In this document: positions 15,240 to 30,770 of the stretch, piece after piece
Numbering within the stretch: position 1 is the stretch's first letter
Layout: every line of letters starts with the position of its first letter
Source: Eledone cirrhosa
Lineage: Eukaryota
Reading direction: 5' to 3'
DNA: 64,000 nucleotides
Assembly: GCA_964016885.1 (NCBI GenBank)
Contig: OZ024743.1
Location: 219,666,001-219,730,000 of the forward strand
Position numbers and translations under genes: made by a program
Notes under the pieces: generated by a model
Database searches by the model: none
What the model was told of the DNA's origin: nothing
The model's input: only the letters and a program-made list of their open reading frames with translations

Positions 15240-18200
15240 TAGAACGCCAGATAAAATGTTGTATGAACGCCAGATAGAATGTTGTATGAACGCCACATAG
15301 AATGTTGTTAGAACACCAGATAGAATGTTGTCAGAACGCCAGATATAACGTTGTTAGAACGCCAGATAAAATGTTGTTAGCACGCCAGATAGAATGTTGT
15401 ATGAACGCCGGATAGAATGTTTTCAGAACGCCACATAGAATGTTGTTAGAACGCTAGATAGAATGTTGTATGAACGCCGGATAGAATGTTGTTAGAACGC
15501 CAGATAGAATGTTGTTAGAACACCAGATAGAATATTGTTAGAACGCCAGATAGAATGTTGTATGAACGCCAGATAGAATGTTGTTAGAACGCCAGATAGA
15601 ATATTGTATGAATGCCAGATAGAATGTTGTTACAACGTTAGATAGAATGTTGTTAGAACGCCAGATAGAATGTTGTTAGAACGCCAGATAGAATTTTGTT
15701 AGAACGCCAGATAGAATGATGTATGAACGTTAGATAGAATGTTGTATGAACGCCAGATAGAACGTTGTTAGAACGCCAGATAGAATGTTGTATGACCGCC
15801 AGATAGAACGTTGTTAGAACGCCAGATAGAGTGTTGTATGAACGCCAGATAGAATGTTGTATGAACGCCAGATAGAGTGTTGTATGAAAACCAGATAGAA
15901 TGTTGTATGAACGCCAGATAGAATGTTGTATGAACGCCAGATAGAATGTTGTATGAACGCCAGATAGAATGTTGTATGAACGCCAGATAGAATGTTGTAT
16001 GAACGCCAGATAGAATTTTGTGAGAACGCCAGACGAATGCTGTATGAACGCCAGATAGAATATTGTATGAACGCCAGATAGAATGTTGTATGAACGCCAG
16101 ATAGAATGTTGTTAGAACGCCAGATAGAATGCTGTTAGAACGCCAGATATAATGTTATATGAACGCCAGATAGAATGCTGTATGAACGCCAGATAGAATG
16201 TTGTATGAACGCCAGATAGAATGTTGTTAGAACGCAAGATAGAATGTTGTTAGAACGCAAGATAGAATGCTGTATGAACGCCAGATAGAATGTTGTATGA
16301 ACGCCAGATAGAATGTTGTATGAACGCCAGATAGAATGTTGTTAGAACGCCAGATAGAATGTTGGATGAACGCCGGATTAAATGTTGTTAGAACGCCAGA
16401 TAGAATGTTGTATGAACGCCAGATAGAATGTTGTATGAACGCCAGATAGAATGTTGTATGAACGCCAGATAGAATGTTGTTAGAACGCCAGATAGAATAT
16501 TGTATGAACGCCAGATAGAATGTTGTTAGAACGTTAGATAGAATGTTGTTAGAACGCCAGATAGAATTTTGTTAGAACGCCAGATAGAATGTTGTATGAA
16601 CGCCAGATAGAATGTTGTATGAACGCCAGATAGAATGTTGTTAGAATGCAAGATAGAATGTTGTATGAACACCGGATAGAATGTTGTTAGAACGACAGAT
16701 AGAATGTTGTATGAACGCCAGATAGAATGTTGTTAGAACGCCAGATAGAATGCTGTTAGAACGCCAGATAAAATGTTGTATGAACGCCAGATAGAATGTT
16801 GTATGAACGCCAGATAGAATGTTGTATGAACGCCAGATAGACTGTTGTTAGAACGCCAGATAGAATGTTGTTAGAACGCCAGATAGAATGTTGTATGAAC
16901 GCCAGATAGAATGTTGTTAGACCGCCAGATAGAATGTTGTATGAACGCCAGATAGAATGTTGTATGAACGCCAGATAGAATGTTGTATGAACGGCGGATA
17001 GATGTTGTTAGAACGCCAGATAGAATGTTGTTAGAAAAACCAGATAGAATGTTGTTAGAACGCCAGATAGAATGTTGTATGAACGCCAGATAGAATGTTG
17101 TTAGAACGCCAGATAGAATGTTGTTAGAACGCCAGATAGAATGTAATTAGTACGCCAGATAGAATGTTTTATGAACGCCAGATAGAATGATGTTAGAACA
17201 CCAGATAGAATGTTGTTAGAACGCCAGATAGAATATTGTATGAACGCCAGATAGAATGTAGTTACACCGTTAGATAGAATGTTGTTAGAACGCCAGATAG
17301 AATGATGTATGAACGCCAGATAGAATGATGTATGAACGTTAGATAGAATGATGTATGAACGCCAGATGTAACGTTGTTAGAACGCCAGATAAAATGCTGT
17401 ATGAACACCGGATAGAATGTTGTTAGAACGCCGAATAGAATGTTGTTAGAACACCAGATAGAATGTTGTATGAACGCCAGATAGAGTGTTGTATGAACGC
17501 CAGATAGAATTTTGTTAGAAACGCCAGATGGAATGTTGTATGAACGCCAGATAGAATGTTGTATGAACGCCAGATAGAATGTTGTTAGAACACCAGATAG
17601 AATGTTGTTAAAACACCAGATAGAATGTTGTTAGAACGCCAGATAGAATGTTGTATGAACGCCAGATAGAATGTTGTTAGAACGCCAGATAGAATATTGT
17701 ATGAATGCCAGATAGAATGTTGTTACAACGTTAGATAGAATGTTGTTAGAACGCCAGATAGAATGTTGTTAGAACGCCAGATAGAATGATGTATGAACGT
17801 TAGATAGAATGTTGTATGAACGCCAGATAGAACGTTGTTAGAACGCCTGATAGAATGTTGTATGAACACCGGATAGAATGTTGTTAGAACACCAGATAGA
17901 ATGTTGTATGAACGCCAGATAGAACGTTGTTAGAACGCCAGATAGAGTGTTGTATGAACGCCAGATAGAATGTTGTATGAACGCCAGATAGAGTGTTGTA
18001 TGAACACCAGATAGAATGTTGTATGAACGCCAGATAGAATGTTGTATGAACGCCAGATAGAATGTTGTATGAACGCCAGATAGAATGTTGTATGAACGCC
18101 AGATAGTATTTTGTGAGAACGCCAGACGAATGCTGTATGAACGCCAGATAGAATGTTGTTAGAACGCCAGATATAATGTTATATGAACGCCAGATAGAAT

Positions 18201-21200
18201 GTTGTATGAACGCCAGATAGAATGTTGTATGAACGCCAGATAGAATGTTGTTAGAACGCAAGATAGAATGTTGTTAGAACGCCAGATAGAATGTTGTATG
18301 AACGCCAGATAGAATGTCGTATGAACGCCAGATAGAATGTTTTTAGAACGCCAGATAGAATGTTGTATGAACGCCAGATAGAATGTTGTTAGTACGCCAG
18401 ATGAATGCTGTTTGAAAGCCAGATAGAATGTTGTTAGAACACCAGATAGAATGTTATTAGAACGCCAGATAGAACGTTGTTAGAACGCCAGATAGAATGT
18501 TGTTAGAACGCTAGATAGAATGTTGGATGAACGCCGGATTAAATGTTGTTAGAACGCCAGATAGAATGTTGTATGAACGCTAGATAGAATGTTGTATGAA
18601 CGCCAGGTAGAATGTTGTATGAACGCCAGATAGAATGTTGTTAGAACGCCAGATAGAATGTTGTATGAACGCCAGATAGAATGTTGTATGAACGCCAGAT
18701 AGAATGTTGTATGAACGGCGGATAGATGTTGTTAGAACGCCAGATAGAATGTTGTTAGAACACCAGATAGAATGTTGTTAGAACGCCAGATAGAATGTTG
18801 TATGAACGCCAGATAGAATGTTGTTAGAACGCCAGAGAGAATGTTGTTAGAACGCCAGATAGAATGTTATTAGAACACCAGATAGAATGTTGTTAGAACG
18901 CCAGATAGAATATTGTATGAACGCCAGCTAGAATGTTGTTACAATGTTAGATAGAATGTTGTTAGAACGCCAGATAGAATTTTGTTAGAACGCCAGATAG
19001 AATATTGTTAGAATGCCAGATAGAACGTTGTATGAACACCGGATAGAATGTTGTTAGAACGCCGAATAGAATGTTGTTAGAACGACAGATAGAATGTTGT
19101 ATGAACGCCAGATAGAATGTTGTTAGAACGCCAGATAGAATGCTGTTAGAACGCCAGATAAAATGTTGTATGAACGCCAGATAGAATGTTGTTAGAATGC
19201 CAGATAGAATGTTGTATGAACACCGGATAGAATGTTGTTAGAACGCCGAATAGAATGTTGTTAGAACGACAGATAGAATGTTGTATGAACGCCAGATAGA
19301 ATGTTGTTAGAACGCCAGATAGAATGCTGTTAGAACGCCAGATAAAATGTTGTAAGAACGCCACATAGAATATTGTATGAACGCCAGATAGAATGTTGTA
19401 TGAACGCCAGATAGAATGTTGTATGAACGCCAGATAGAATGTTGTTAGAACGCCAGATAGAATGTTGTCAGAACGCCAGATATAACGTTGTTAGAACGCC
19501 ACGTAGAATGTTGTATGAACGCCAGATAGAATGTTGTATGAACGCCAGATAGAATGTTGTCAGAACGCCAGATAGAATGCTGTTAGAACGCCAGATAAAA
19601 TGTTGTTAGACCGCCACGTATAATGTTGTATGAACGCCAGATAGAATGTTGTATGAACGCCAAATAAAAATTTGTATGAACACCAGATAGAATGTTGTCA
19701 GAACGCCAGATATAACGTTGTTAGATCGCCAGATAAAATGTTGTTAGCACGCCAGATAGAATGTTGTATGAACGCCGGATAGAATGTATTTAGAACGCCA
19801 CATAGAATGTTGTTAGAACGCTAGATGGAATGGTGTATAACGCCGGATAGAATGTTGTTAGAACGCCAGATAGAATGTTGTTAGAACACCAGATATAATG
19901 TTGTTAGAACGCCAGTTAGGATGTTGTATGAACGCCAGATAGAATGTTGTTAGAACGCCAGATAGAATGTTGTATGAAGGCCAGATATGATGTTGTTAGA
20001 ACGCCAGATAGAATGTTGTTAGAACGCCAGATAGAATGTTATTAGTACGCCAGATAGAATGTTTTATGAACGCCAGATAGAATGTTGTTAGAACACCAGA
20101 TAGAATGTTGTTAGAACGCCAGATAGAATATTGTATGAACGCCAGATAGAATGTTGTTACAACGTTAGATAGAATGTTGTTAGAACGCCAGATAGAATTT
20201 TGTTAGAACGCCAGATAGAATGATGTATGAACGCCAAATAGAATGATGTATGAACGTTAGATAGAATGTTGTATGAACGCCAGATGTAACGTTGTTAGAA
20301 CGCCGAATAGAATGTTGTTAGAACACCAGATAGAATGTTGTATGAACGCCAGATAGAGTGTTGTATGAACACCGGATAGAATGTTGTTAGAACGCCGAAT
20401 AGAATGTTGTTAGAACGACAGATAGAATGTTGTATGAACGCCAGATAGAATGTTGTTAGAACGCCAGATAGAATGCTGTTAGAACGCCAGATAAAATGTT
20501 GTATGAACGCCAGATAGAATGTTGTTAGAATGCCAGATAGAATGTTGTATGAACACCGGATAGAATGTTGTTAGAACGCCGAATAGAATGTCGTTAGATC
20601 GACAGATAGAATGTTGTATGAACGCCAGATAGAATGTTGTTAGAACGCCAGATAGAATGCTGTTAGAACGCCAGATAAAATGTTGTATGAACGCCAGATA
20701 GAATATTGTATGAACGCCAGATAGAATGTTGTATGAACGCCAGATAGAATGTTGTATGAACGCCAGATAGAATGTTGTTAGAACGCCAGATAGAATGTTG
20801 TCAGAACGCCAGATATAACGTTGTTAGAACGCCACGTAGAATGTTGTATGAACGCCAGATAGAATGTTGTATGAACGCCAGATAGAATGTTGTCAGAACG
20901 CCAGATAGAATGCTGTTAGAACGCCAGATAAAATGTTGTTAGATCGCCACGTAGAATGTTGTATGAACGCCAGATAGAATGTTGTCAGAACGCCAGATAT
21001 AACGTTGTTAGAACGCCAGATAAAATGTTGTTAGCACGCCAGATAGAATGTTGTATGAACGCCGGATAGAATGTATTTAGAACGCCACATAGAATGTTGT
21101 TAGAACGCTAGATAGAATGTTGTATAACGCCGGATAGAATGTTGTTAGAACGCCAGATAGAATGTTGTTAGAACACCAGATATAATGTTGTTAGAACGCC

Positions 21201-24200
21201 AGATAGAATGTTGTTAGAACGCCAGATAGAATATTGTATGAACGCCAGATAGAATGTTGTTACAACGTTAGATAGAATGTTGTTAGAACGCCAGATAGAA
21301 TTTTGTTAGAACGCCAGATAGAATGATGTATGAACGCCAAATAGAATGATGTATGAACGTTAGATAGAATGTTGTATGAACGCCAGATGTAACGTTGTTA
21401 GAACGCCGAATAGAACGTTGTTAGAACACCAGATAGAATGTTGTATGAACGCCAGATAGAGTGTTGTATGAACGCCAGATAGAATGTTGTATGAACGCCA
21501 GATAGAATGTTGTTAGAACGCCAGAGAGAATGTTGTTAGAACGCCAGATAAAATGTTGTATGAACGCCAGATAGAATGTTGTATGAACGCCAGATAGAAT
21601 GTTGTATGAACGCCAGATAGAATGTTGTATGAACGCCAGATAGAATGTTGTCAGACCGCCACATAGAATGTTGTATGAACGCCAGATAGAATGTTGTTAG
21701 AACGCCAGAGAGAATGCTGTTAGAACGCCAAATAAAAATTTGTATGAACAACAGATAGAATGTTGTCAGAACGCCAGATATAACGTTGTTAGAACGCCAG
21801 ATAAAATGTTGTTAGCACGCCAGATAGAATGTTGTATGAACGCCAGATAGAATGTTGTTAGAACGCCAGATAGAATGTTGTATGAACGCCAGATAGAATG
21901 TTATATGAACGCCAGATAGAATGTTGTTAGAACGCCAGATAGAATGTTGTATGAACGCCAGATAGAATGTTGTATGAACGCCAGATAGAATGTTGTATGA
22001 ACGCCAGATAGAATATTGTATGAACGCCAGATAGAATGCTGTTAGACCGCCACATAGAATGTTGTATGAACGCCAGATAGAATGTTGTTAGCACGCCAGA
22101 TAGAATGTTGTATGAACGCCAGATAGAATGTCTTTAGAACGCCAGATAGAATGTTGTTAGAACGCCAGATAGAATGTTGTTAGAACGCCAGATAGAGTGT
22201 TGTATGAACACCAGATAGAATGTTGTATGAACGCCAGATAGAATGTTGTATGAACGCCAGATAGAATGTTGTATGAACGCCAGATAGAATGTTGTATGAA
22301 CGCCAGATAGAATGTTGTATGAACGCCAGATAGTATTTTGTGAGAACGCCAGACGAATGCTGTATGAACGCCAGATAGAATGTTGTATGAACGCCAGATA
22401 GAATGTTGTTAGAACGCCAGATAGAATGCTGTTAGAACGCCAGATATAATGTTATATGAACGCCAGATAGAATGTTGTATGAACGCCAGATAGAATGTTG
22501 TATGAACGCCAGATAGAATGTTGTTAGAACGCAAGATAGAATGTTGTTAGAACGCCAGATAGAATGTTGTATGAACGCCAGATAGAATGTCGTATGAACG
22601 CCAGATAGAATGTTGTTACAACGCCAGATAGAATGTTGTATGGACGCCAGATAGAATGTTGTTAGTACGCTAGATGAATTCTGTTTGAAAGCCAGATAGA
22701 ATGTTGTTAGAACACCAGATAGAATGTTATTAGAACGCCACATAGAACGTTGTTAGAACGCCAGATAGAATGTTGTTAGAACGCTAGATAAAATGTTGGA
22801 TGAACGCCGGATTAAATGTTGTTAGAACGCCAGATAGAATGTTGTATGAACGCTAGATAGAATGTTGTATGAACGCCAGGTAGAATGTTGTATGAACGCC
22901 AGATAGAATGTTGTTAGAACGCCAGATAGAATGTTGTATGAACGCCAGATAGAATGTTGTTAGAACACCAGATAGAACGTTGTTAGAACGCCAGATAGAA
23001 TGTTGTATGAACGCCAGATAGAATGTTGTTAGAACGCCAGATAGAATATTGTATGAACGCCAGATAGAATGTTGTTAGAACGCCAGAGAGAATGTTGTTA
23101 GAACGCCAGATAGAATGTTATTAGTACGCCAGATAGAATGTTGTATGAACGCCAGATAGAATGTTGTTAGAACACCAGATAGAATGTTGTTAGAACGCCA
23201 GATAGAATATTGTATGAACGCCAGATAGAATGTTGTTAGAATGCCAGATAGAATGTTGTATGAACACCGGATAGAATGTTGTTAGAACGCCGAATAGAAT
23301 GTTGTTAGAACGACAGATAGAATGTTGTATGAACGCCAGATAGAATATTGTTAGAACGCCAGATAGAATGCTGTTAGAACGCCAGATAAAATGTTGTATG
23401 AACGCCAGATAGAATATTGTATGAACGCCAGATAGAATGTTGTATGAACGCCAGATAGAATGTTGTATGAACGCCAGATAGAATGTTGTTAGAACGCCAG
23501 ATAGAATGTTGTCAGAACGCCAGATATAACGTTGTTAGAACGCCACGTAGAATGTTGTATGAACGCCAGATAGAATGTTGTCAGAACGCCAGATATAATG
23601 CTGTTAGAACGCCAGATAAAATGTTGTTAGACCGCCACGTAGAATGTTGTATGAACTCCAGATAGAATGTTGTATGAATGCCAAATAAAAATTTGTATGA
23701 ACACCAAAGAGAATGTTGTCAGAACGCCAGATATAACGTCGTTAGAACGCCAGATAAAATGTGGTTAGCACGCCAGATAGAATGTTGTATGAACGCCGGA
23801 TAGAATGTATTTAGAACGCCACATAGAATGTTGTTAGAACGCTAGATAGAATGTTGTATAACGCCGGATAGAATGTTGTTAGAACGCCAGATAGAATGTT
23901 GTTAGAACACCAGATATAATGTTGTTAGAACGCCAGATAGAATGTTGTATGAACGCCAGATAGAATGTTGTTAGAACGCCAGATAGAATGTTGTATGAAG
24001 GCCAGATAGGATGTTGTTAGAACGCCACATAGAATGTTGTTAGAACGCCAGATAGAATGTTATTAGTACGCCAGATAGAATGTTTTATGAACGCCAGATA
24101 GAATGTTGTTAGAACACCAGATAGAATGTTGTTAGAACGCCAGATAGAATATTGTATGAACGCCAGATAGAATGTTGTTACAACGTTAGATAGAATGTTG

Positions 24201-27200
24201 TTAGAACGCCAGATAGAATTTTGTTAGAACGCCAGATAGAATGATGTATGAACGCCAAATAGAATGATGTATGAACGTTAGATAGAATGTTGTATGAACG
24301 CCAGATGTAACCTTGTTAGAACGCCAGATAGAATGTTGTATGAACACCGGATAGAATGTTGTTAGAACGCCGAATAGAATGTTGTTAGAACACCAGATAG
24401 AATGTTGTATGAACGCCAGATAGAGTGTTGTATGAACGCCAGATAGAATGTTGTATGAACGCCAGATAGAATGTTGTTAGAACGCCAGAGAGAATGCTGT
24501 TAGAACGCCAGATAAAATGTTGTATGAACGCCAGATAGAATGTTGTATGAACGCCAGATAGAATGTTGTATGAACGCCAGATAGAATGTTGTATGAACGC
24601 CAGATAGAATGTTGTCAGACCGCCACATAGAATGTTGTATGAACGCCAGATAGAATGTTGTTAGAACGCCAGAGAGAATGCTGTTAGAACGCCAAATAAA
24701 AATTTGTATGAACAACAGATAGAATGTTGTCAGAACGCCAGATATAACGTTGTTAGAACGCCAGATAAAATGTTGTTAGCACGCCAGATAGAATGTTGTA
24801 TGAACGCCAGATAGAATGTTGTTAGAACGCCAGATAGAATGTTGTATGAACGCCAGATAGAATGTTGTATGAACGCCAGATAGAATGTTGTTAGAACGCC
24901 AGATAGAATGTTGTATGAACGCCAGATAGAATGTTGTATGAACGCCAGATAGAATGTTGTATGAACGCCAGATAGAATGCTGTTAGACCGCCACATAGAA
25001 TGTTGTATGAACGCCAGATAGAATGTTGTTAGCACACCAGATAGAATGTTGTATGAACGCCAGATAGAATGTCTTTAGAACGCCAGATAGAATGTTGTAT
25101 GAACGCCAGATAGAATGTTGTATGAACACCAGATAGAATGTTGTCAGAACGCCAGATATAACGTTGTTAGAACGCCAGATAAAATGTTGTTAGCACGCCA
25201 CCTAGAATGTTTTTAGAACGCCAGATAGAATGTTGTTAGAACGCCAGATAGAACTTTGTTACAACGCCAATTAGAATGTTGTTAGAACTTCGGATAGAAT
25301 GTTGTATGAACGCCAGATAGAATGTTGTTAGAACACCAGATAGAATGTTGTTAGAACGCCAGATAGAACTTTGTTACAACGCCAATTAGAATGTTGTTAG
25401 AACTTCGGATAGAATGTTGTATGAACGCCAGATAGAATGTTGTTAGAACTCAGGATAGAACGTTGTTAGAACGCCAGATAGAATGTTGTTAGAACACCAG
25501 ATAGAATGTTGTTAGAACGCCAGATAGAACGTTGTTAGAACGCCAAATAGAATGTTGTTAGAACGCCAGATAGAATGTTGTATGAACGCCAGATAAAATG
25601 TTGTATGAACGCCATATAGAATGTTGTATGAACGCCAGATAGAATGTTGTATGAACGCCAGATAGAATGTTGTATAAACGCCAGATAGAATGATGTTAAA
25701 ACGCCAGATAGAATGTTGTTAGAACAGCAGATAGAATTTTGTTAGAACGCCAGATAGAATGTTGTATGAACGCCAGATAGAATGTTGTATGAACGCCAGA
25801 TAGAATGTTGTTAGAACACCAGATAGAATTTTGTTAGAACGCCAGATAGAATGTTGTATGAACGCCAGATAGAATGTTGTATGAACGCCAGATAAAATGT
25901 TGTATGAACGCCAGATAGAATTTTATTAGAACGCCAGACGAATGTTGTATGAACGCCAGATAGAATGTTGTTAGAACGCCAGGTAGAATGTTGTATGAAC
26001 GCCAGATAGAATGTTGTATGAACGCCAGATAGAATGTTGTATGAACGCCAGATAGAATGTTGTTAGAACACCAGATAGAATGTTGTTAGAACGCCAGATA
26101 AAATGTTGTATGAACGACAGATAGAATGTTGTTAGAACGCCAGATAGAATGTTGTTAGAACGCCAGATAGAATGTTGTATGAACGCCAGATAGAATGTTG
26201 TATGAACGCCAGATAGAATGTTGTATGAACGCCAGATAGAATGTTGTATGAATGCCAAATAGAATGTTGTATGAACGCCAGATAGAATGTTGTTAGAACG
26301 CCAGATAGAATGTTGTTAGAACGCCAGATAGAATGTTGTATGAACGCCATATAGAATGGTGTATGAACGCCAGATAGAATGTTGTTAGTACGCCAGATAG
26401 AATGTTGTTAGAACGCTAGATAGAATGTTGTATGAACGCCAGGTAGAATGTTGTATGAACGCCGAATAGAATGTTGTTAGAACGACAGATAGAATGTTGT
26501 ATGAACGCCAGATAGAATGATGTTAAAACGCCAGATAGAATGTTGTTAGAACGCGAGTTAGAATGTTGTATGAACGCCAGACAGAATGTTGTTACAACAC
26601 CAGATAGAATGTTGTTAGAACGCCAGATAGAATGTTGTATGAACGCCAGATAGAATGTTGTTAGAACGCCAGATAGAATTTTGTTTGGACGCCAGATAGA
26701 ATGTTATTAGTCCGCCAGATAGAATGTTGTATGAACGCCAGATAGTATGTTGTTAGAACACCAGATAGAATGTTGTTAGAACGCCAGATAGAATGTTGTA
26801 TGAACGCCAGACAGAATGTTGTTACAACACCAGATAGAATGTTGTTAGAACCCCAGATAGAATGTTGTTAGAACGCCAGATAGAATTTTGTATGAACACC
26901 GGATAGAATGTTGTTAGAACGCCGAATAGAATATTGTGAGAACGACAGATAGAATATTGTATGAACACCGGATAGAATGTTGTTAGAACGCCGAATAGAA
27001 TGTTGTTAGAACGCCAGATAGAATGTTGTATGAACGCCAGATAGAATGTTGTTAGAACGCCAGATAGAATGCTGTTAGAATGCCAGATAGAATGCTGTTA
27101 GAACGCCAGATAAAATATTGTATGAACGCCAGATAGAATGTTGTTAGAACGCCACATAGAATGTTGTTAGAACGCCTGATAGAATGTTGTATGAATGCCA

Positions 27201-30200
27201 GATAGAATGTTGTTAGAACGCCAGATAGAATTTTGTTAGAACGCCAGATAGAATGATGTATGAACGCCAGATAGAATGTTGTATGAACGCCAGATAGAAC
27301 GTTGTTAGAACGCCAGATAGAATGTTGTATGAACACCGGATAGAATGTTGTTAGAACGCCAGATAGAATGTTGTATGAACGCCAGATAGAATGTTATTAG
27401 AACGCCAGAGAGAATGTTGTTAGAACGCCAGATAGAATGTTATTAGTACGCCAGATAGAATGTTGTATGAACGCCAGATAGAATGTTGTTAGAACACCAG
27501 ATAGAATGTTGTTAGAACGCCAGATAGAATATTGTATGAACGCCAGATAGAATATTGTTACAACGTTAGATAGAATGTTGTTAGAACGCCAGATAGAATT
27601 TTGTTAGAACGCCAGATAGAATATTGTATGAACGCCAGATAGAATGTTGTTAGAATGCCAGATAGAATGTTGTATGAACACCTGATAGAATGTTGTTAGA
27701 ACGCCGAATAGAATGTTGTTAGAACGACAGATAGAATGTTGTATGAACGCCACATAGAATGTTGTTAGAACGCCAGATAGAATGTTGTTAGAACGCCAGA
27801 TAAAATGTTGTATGAACGCCAGATAGAATATTGTATGAACGCCACGTAGAATGTTGTATGAACGCCAGATAGAATGTTGTATGAACGCCAGATAGAATGT
27901 TGTCAGAACGCCAGATAGAATGCTGTTAGAACGCCAGATAAAATGTTGTTAGACCGCCACGTAGAATGTTGTATGAACGCCAGATAGAATGTTGTATGAA
28001 CGCCAAATAAAAATTTGTATGAACACCAGATAGAATGTTGTCAGAACGCCAGATATAACGTCGTTAGAACGCCAGATAAAATGTTGTTAGCACGCCAGAT
28101 AGAATGTTGTATGAACGTCGGATAGAATGTATTTAGAACGCCACATAGATTGTTGTTAGAAGGCTAGATAGAATGTTGTATAACGCCGGATAGAATGTTG
28201 TTAGAACGCCAGATAGAATGTTGTTAGAACACCAGATATAATGTTGTTAGAACGCCAGATAGAATGTTGTATGAACGCCAGATGGAATGTTGTTAGAACG
28301 CCAGATAGAATGTTGTATGAAGGCCAGATAGGATCTTGTTAGAACGCCAGATAGAATGTTGTTAGAACGCCAGATAGAATGTTATTAGTACGCCAGATAG
28401 AATGTTTTATGAACGCCAGATAGAATGTTGTTAGAACGCCAGATAGAATATTGTATGAACGCCAGATAGAATGTTGTTACAACGTTAGATAGAATGTTGT
28501 TAGAACGCCAGATAGAATTTTGTTAGAACGCCAGATAGAATGATGTATGAACGCCAAATAGAATGATGTATGAACGTTAGATAGAATGTTGTATGAACGC
28601 CAGATGTAACGTTGTTAGAACGCCAGATAGAATGTTGTATGAACACCGGATAGAATGTTGTTAGAACGCCGAATAGAATGTTGTTAGAACACCAGATAGA
28701 ATGTTGTATGAACGCCAGATAGAATGTTGTTAGAACGCCAAAGAGAATGCTGTTAGAACGCCAGATAAAATGTTGTATGAACGCCAGATAGAATGTTGTA
28801 TGAACGCCAGATAGAATGTTGTATGAACGCCACATAGAATGTTGTATGAACGCCAGATAGAATGTTGTTAGAACGCCAGAGAGAATGCTGTTAGAACGCC
28901 AAATAAAAATTTGTATGAACAACAGATAGAATGTTGTCAGAACGCCAGATATAACGTTGTTAGAACGCCAGATAAAATGTTGTTAGCACGCCAGATAGAA
29001 TGTTGTATGAACGCCAGATAGAATGTTGTATGAACGCCAGATAGAATGTTGTTAGAACGCCAGATAGAATGTTGTATGAACGCCAGATAGAATGTTGTAT
29101 GAATGCCAGATAGAATGTTGTTAGAACGCCAGATAGAATGTTGTTAGAACGCCAGATAGAATGTTGTATGAACGCCAGATAGGATGTTGTATGAACGCCA
29201 GATAGAATGTTGTATGAACGCCAGATAGAATGCTGTTAGACCGCCACATAGAATGTTGTATGAACGCCAGATAGAATGTTGTTAGCACACCAGATAGAAT
29301 GTTGTATGAACGCCAGATAGAATGTCTTTAGAACGCCAGATAGAATGTTGTTAGAACGCCAGATAGAATGTTTTTAGAACGCCAGATAGAATGTTGTATG
29401 AACGCCAGATAGAATGTTGTATGAACACCAGATAGAATGTTGTCAGAACGCCAGATATAACGTTGTTAGAACGCCAGATAAAATGTTGTTAGCACGCCAC
29501 CTAGAATGTTTTTAGAACGCCAGATAGAATGTTGTTAGAACGCCAGATAGAACTTTGTTACAACGCCAATTAGAATGTTGTTAGAACTTCGGATAGAATG
29601 TTGTATGAACGCCAGATAGAATGTTGTTAGAACACCAGATAGAATGTTGTTAGAACGCCAGATAGAACTTTGTTACAACGCCAATTAGAATGTTGTTAGA
29701 ACTTCGGATATAATGTTGTATGAACGCCAGATAGAATGTTGTTAGAACTCAGGATAGAACGTTGTTAGAACGCCAGATAGAATGTTGTTAGAACACCAGA
29801 TAGAATGTTGTTAGAACGCCAGATAGAACGTTGTTAGAACGCCAAATAGAATGTTGTTAGAACGCCAGATAGAATGTTGTATGAACGCCAGATAAAATGT
29901 TGTATGAACGCCATATAGAATGTTGTATGAACGCCAGATAGAATGTTGTATGAACGCCAGATAGAATGTTGTATAAACGCCAGATAGAATGATGTTAAAA
30001 GGCCAGATAGAATGTTGTTAGAACAGCAGATAGAATTTTGTTAGAACGCCAGATAGAATGTTGTATGAACGCCAGATAGAATGTTGTATGAACGCCAGAT
30101 AGAATGTTGTTAGAACACCAGATAGAATTTTGTTAGAACGCCAGATAGAATGTTGTATGAACGCCAGATAGAATGTTGTATGAACGCCAGATAAAATGTT

Positions 30201-30770
30201 GTATGAACGCCAGATAGAATTTTATTAGAACGCCAGACGAATGTTGTATGAACGCCAGATAGAATGTTGTTAGAACGCCAGATAGAATGTTGTATGAACG
30301 CCAGATAGAATGTTGTATGAACGCCAGATAGAATGTTGTATGAACGCCAGATAGAATGTTGTATGAATGCCAAATAGAATGTTGTATGAACGCCAGATAG
30401 AATGTTGTTAGAACGCCAGATAGAATGTTGTTAGAACGCCAGATAGAATGTAGTATGAACGCCATATAGAATGGTGTATGAACGCCAGATAGAATGTTGT
30501 TAGTACGCCAGATGAATGCTGTTTGAAAGCCATATAGAATGTCGTTAGAACACCAGATAGAATGTTATTAGAACGCCAGATAGAATGTTGTTAGAACGCT
30601 AGATAGAATGTTGTATGAACGCCAGGTAGAATGTTGTATGAACTCCGAATAGAATGTTGTTAGAACGACAGATAGAATGTTGTATGAACGCCAGATAGAA
30701 TGATGTTAAAACGCCAGATAGAATGTTGTTAGAACGCCAGATAGAATGTTGTATGAACGCCAGATAGAAT
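15240..30770. repeat. HOR domain B: irregular, mosaic higher-order repeats (~3.0-4.3 kb spacing)
   Basis: Marker ccaaataaaaatttgtatg occurs at ~19662, 21730, 23683, 24694, 28005 and 28901, with offsets of 2964 and 4207 confirmed by pseudo-ORFs. Other markers are gccacgtag, agatgtaac and ttagcacgcc. Confidence 0.8.

Noticed and set aside
23483-23665. Single plus-strand 60-aa ORF (MLLERQIECC...)
   Set aside because: It arises from chance substitutions removing the TAG stops present in consensus monomers, and is the same repeat sequence.
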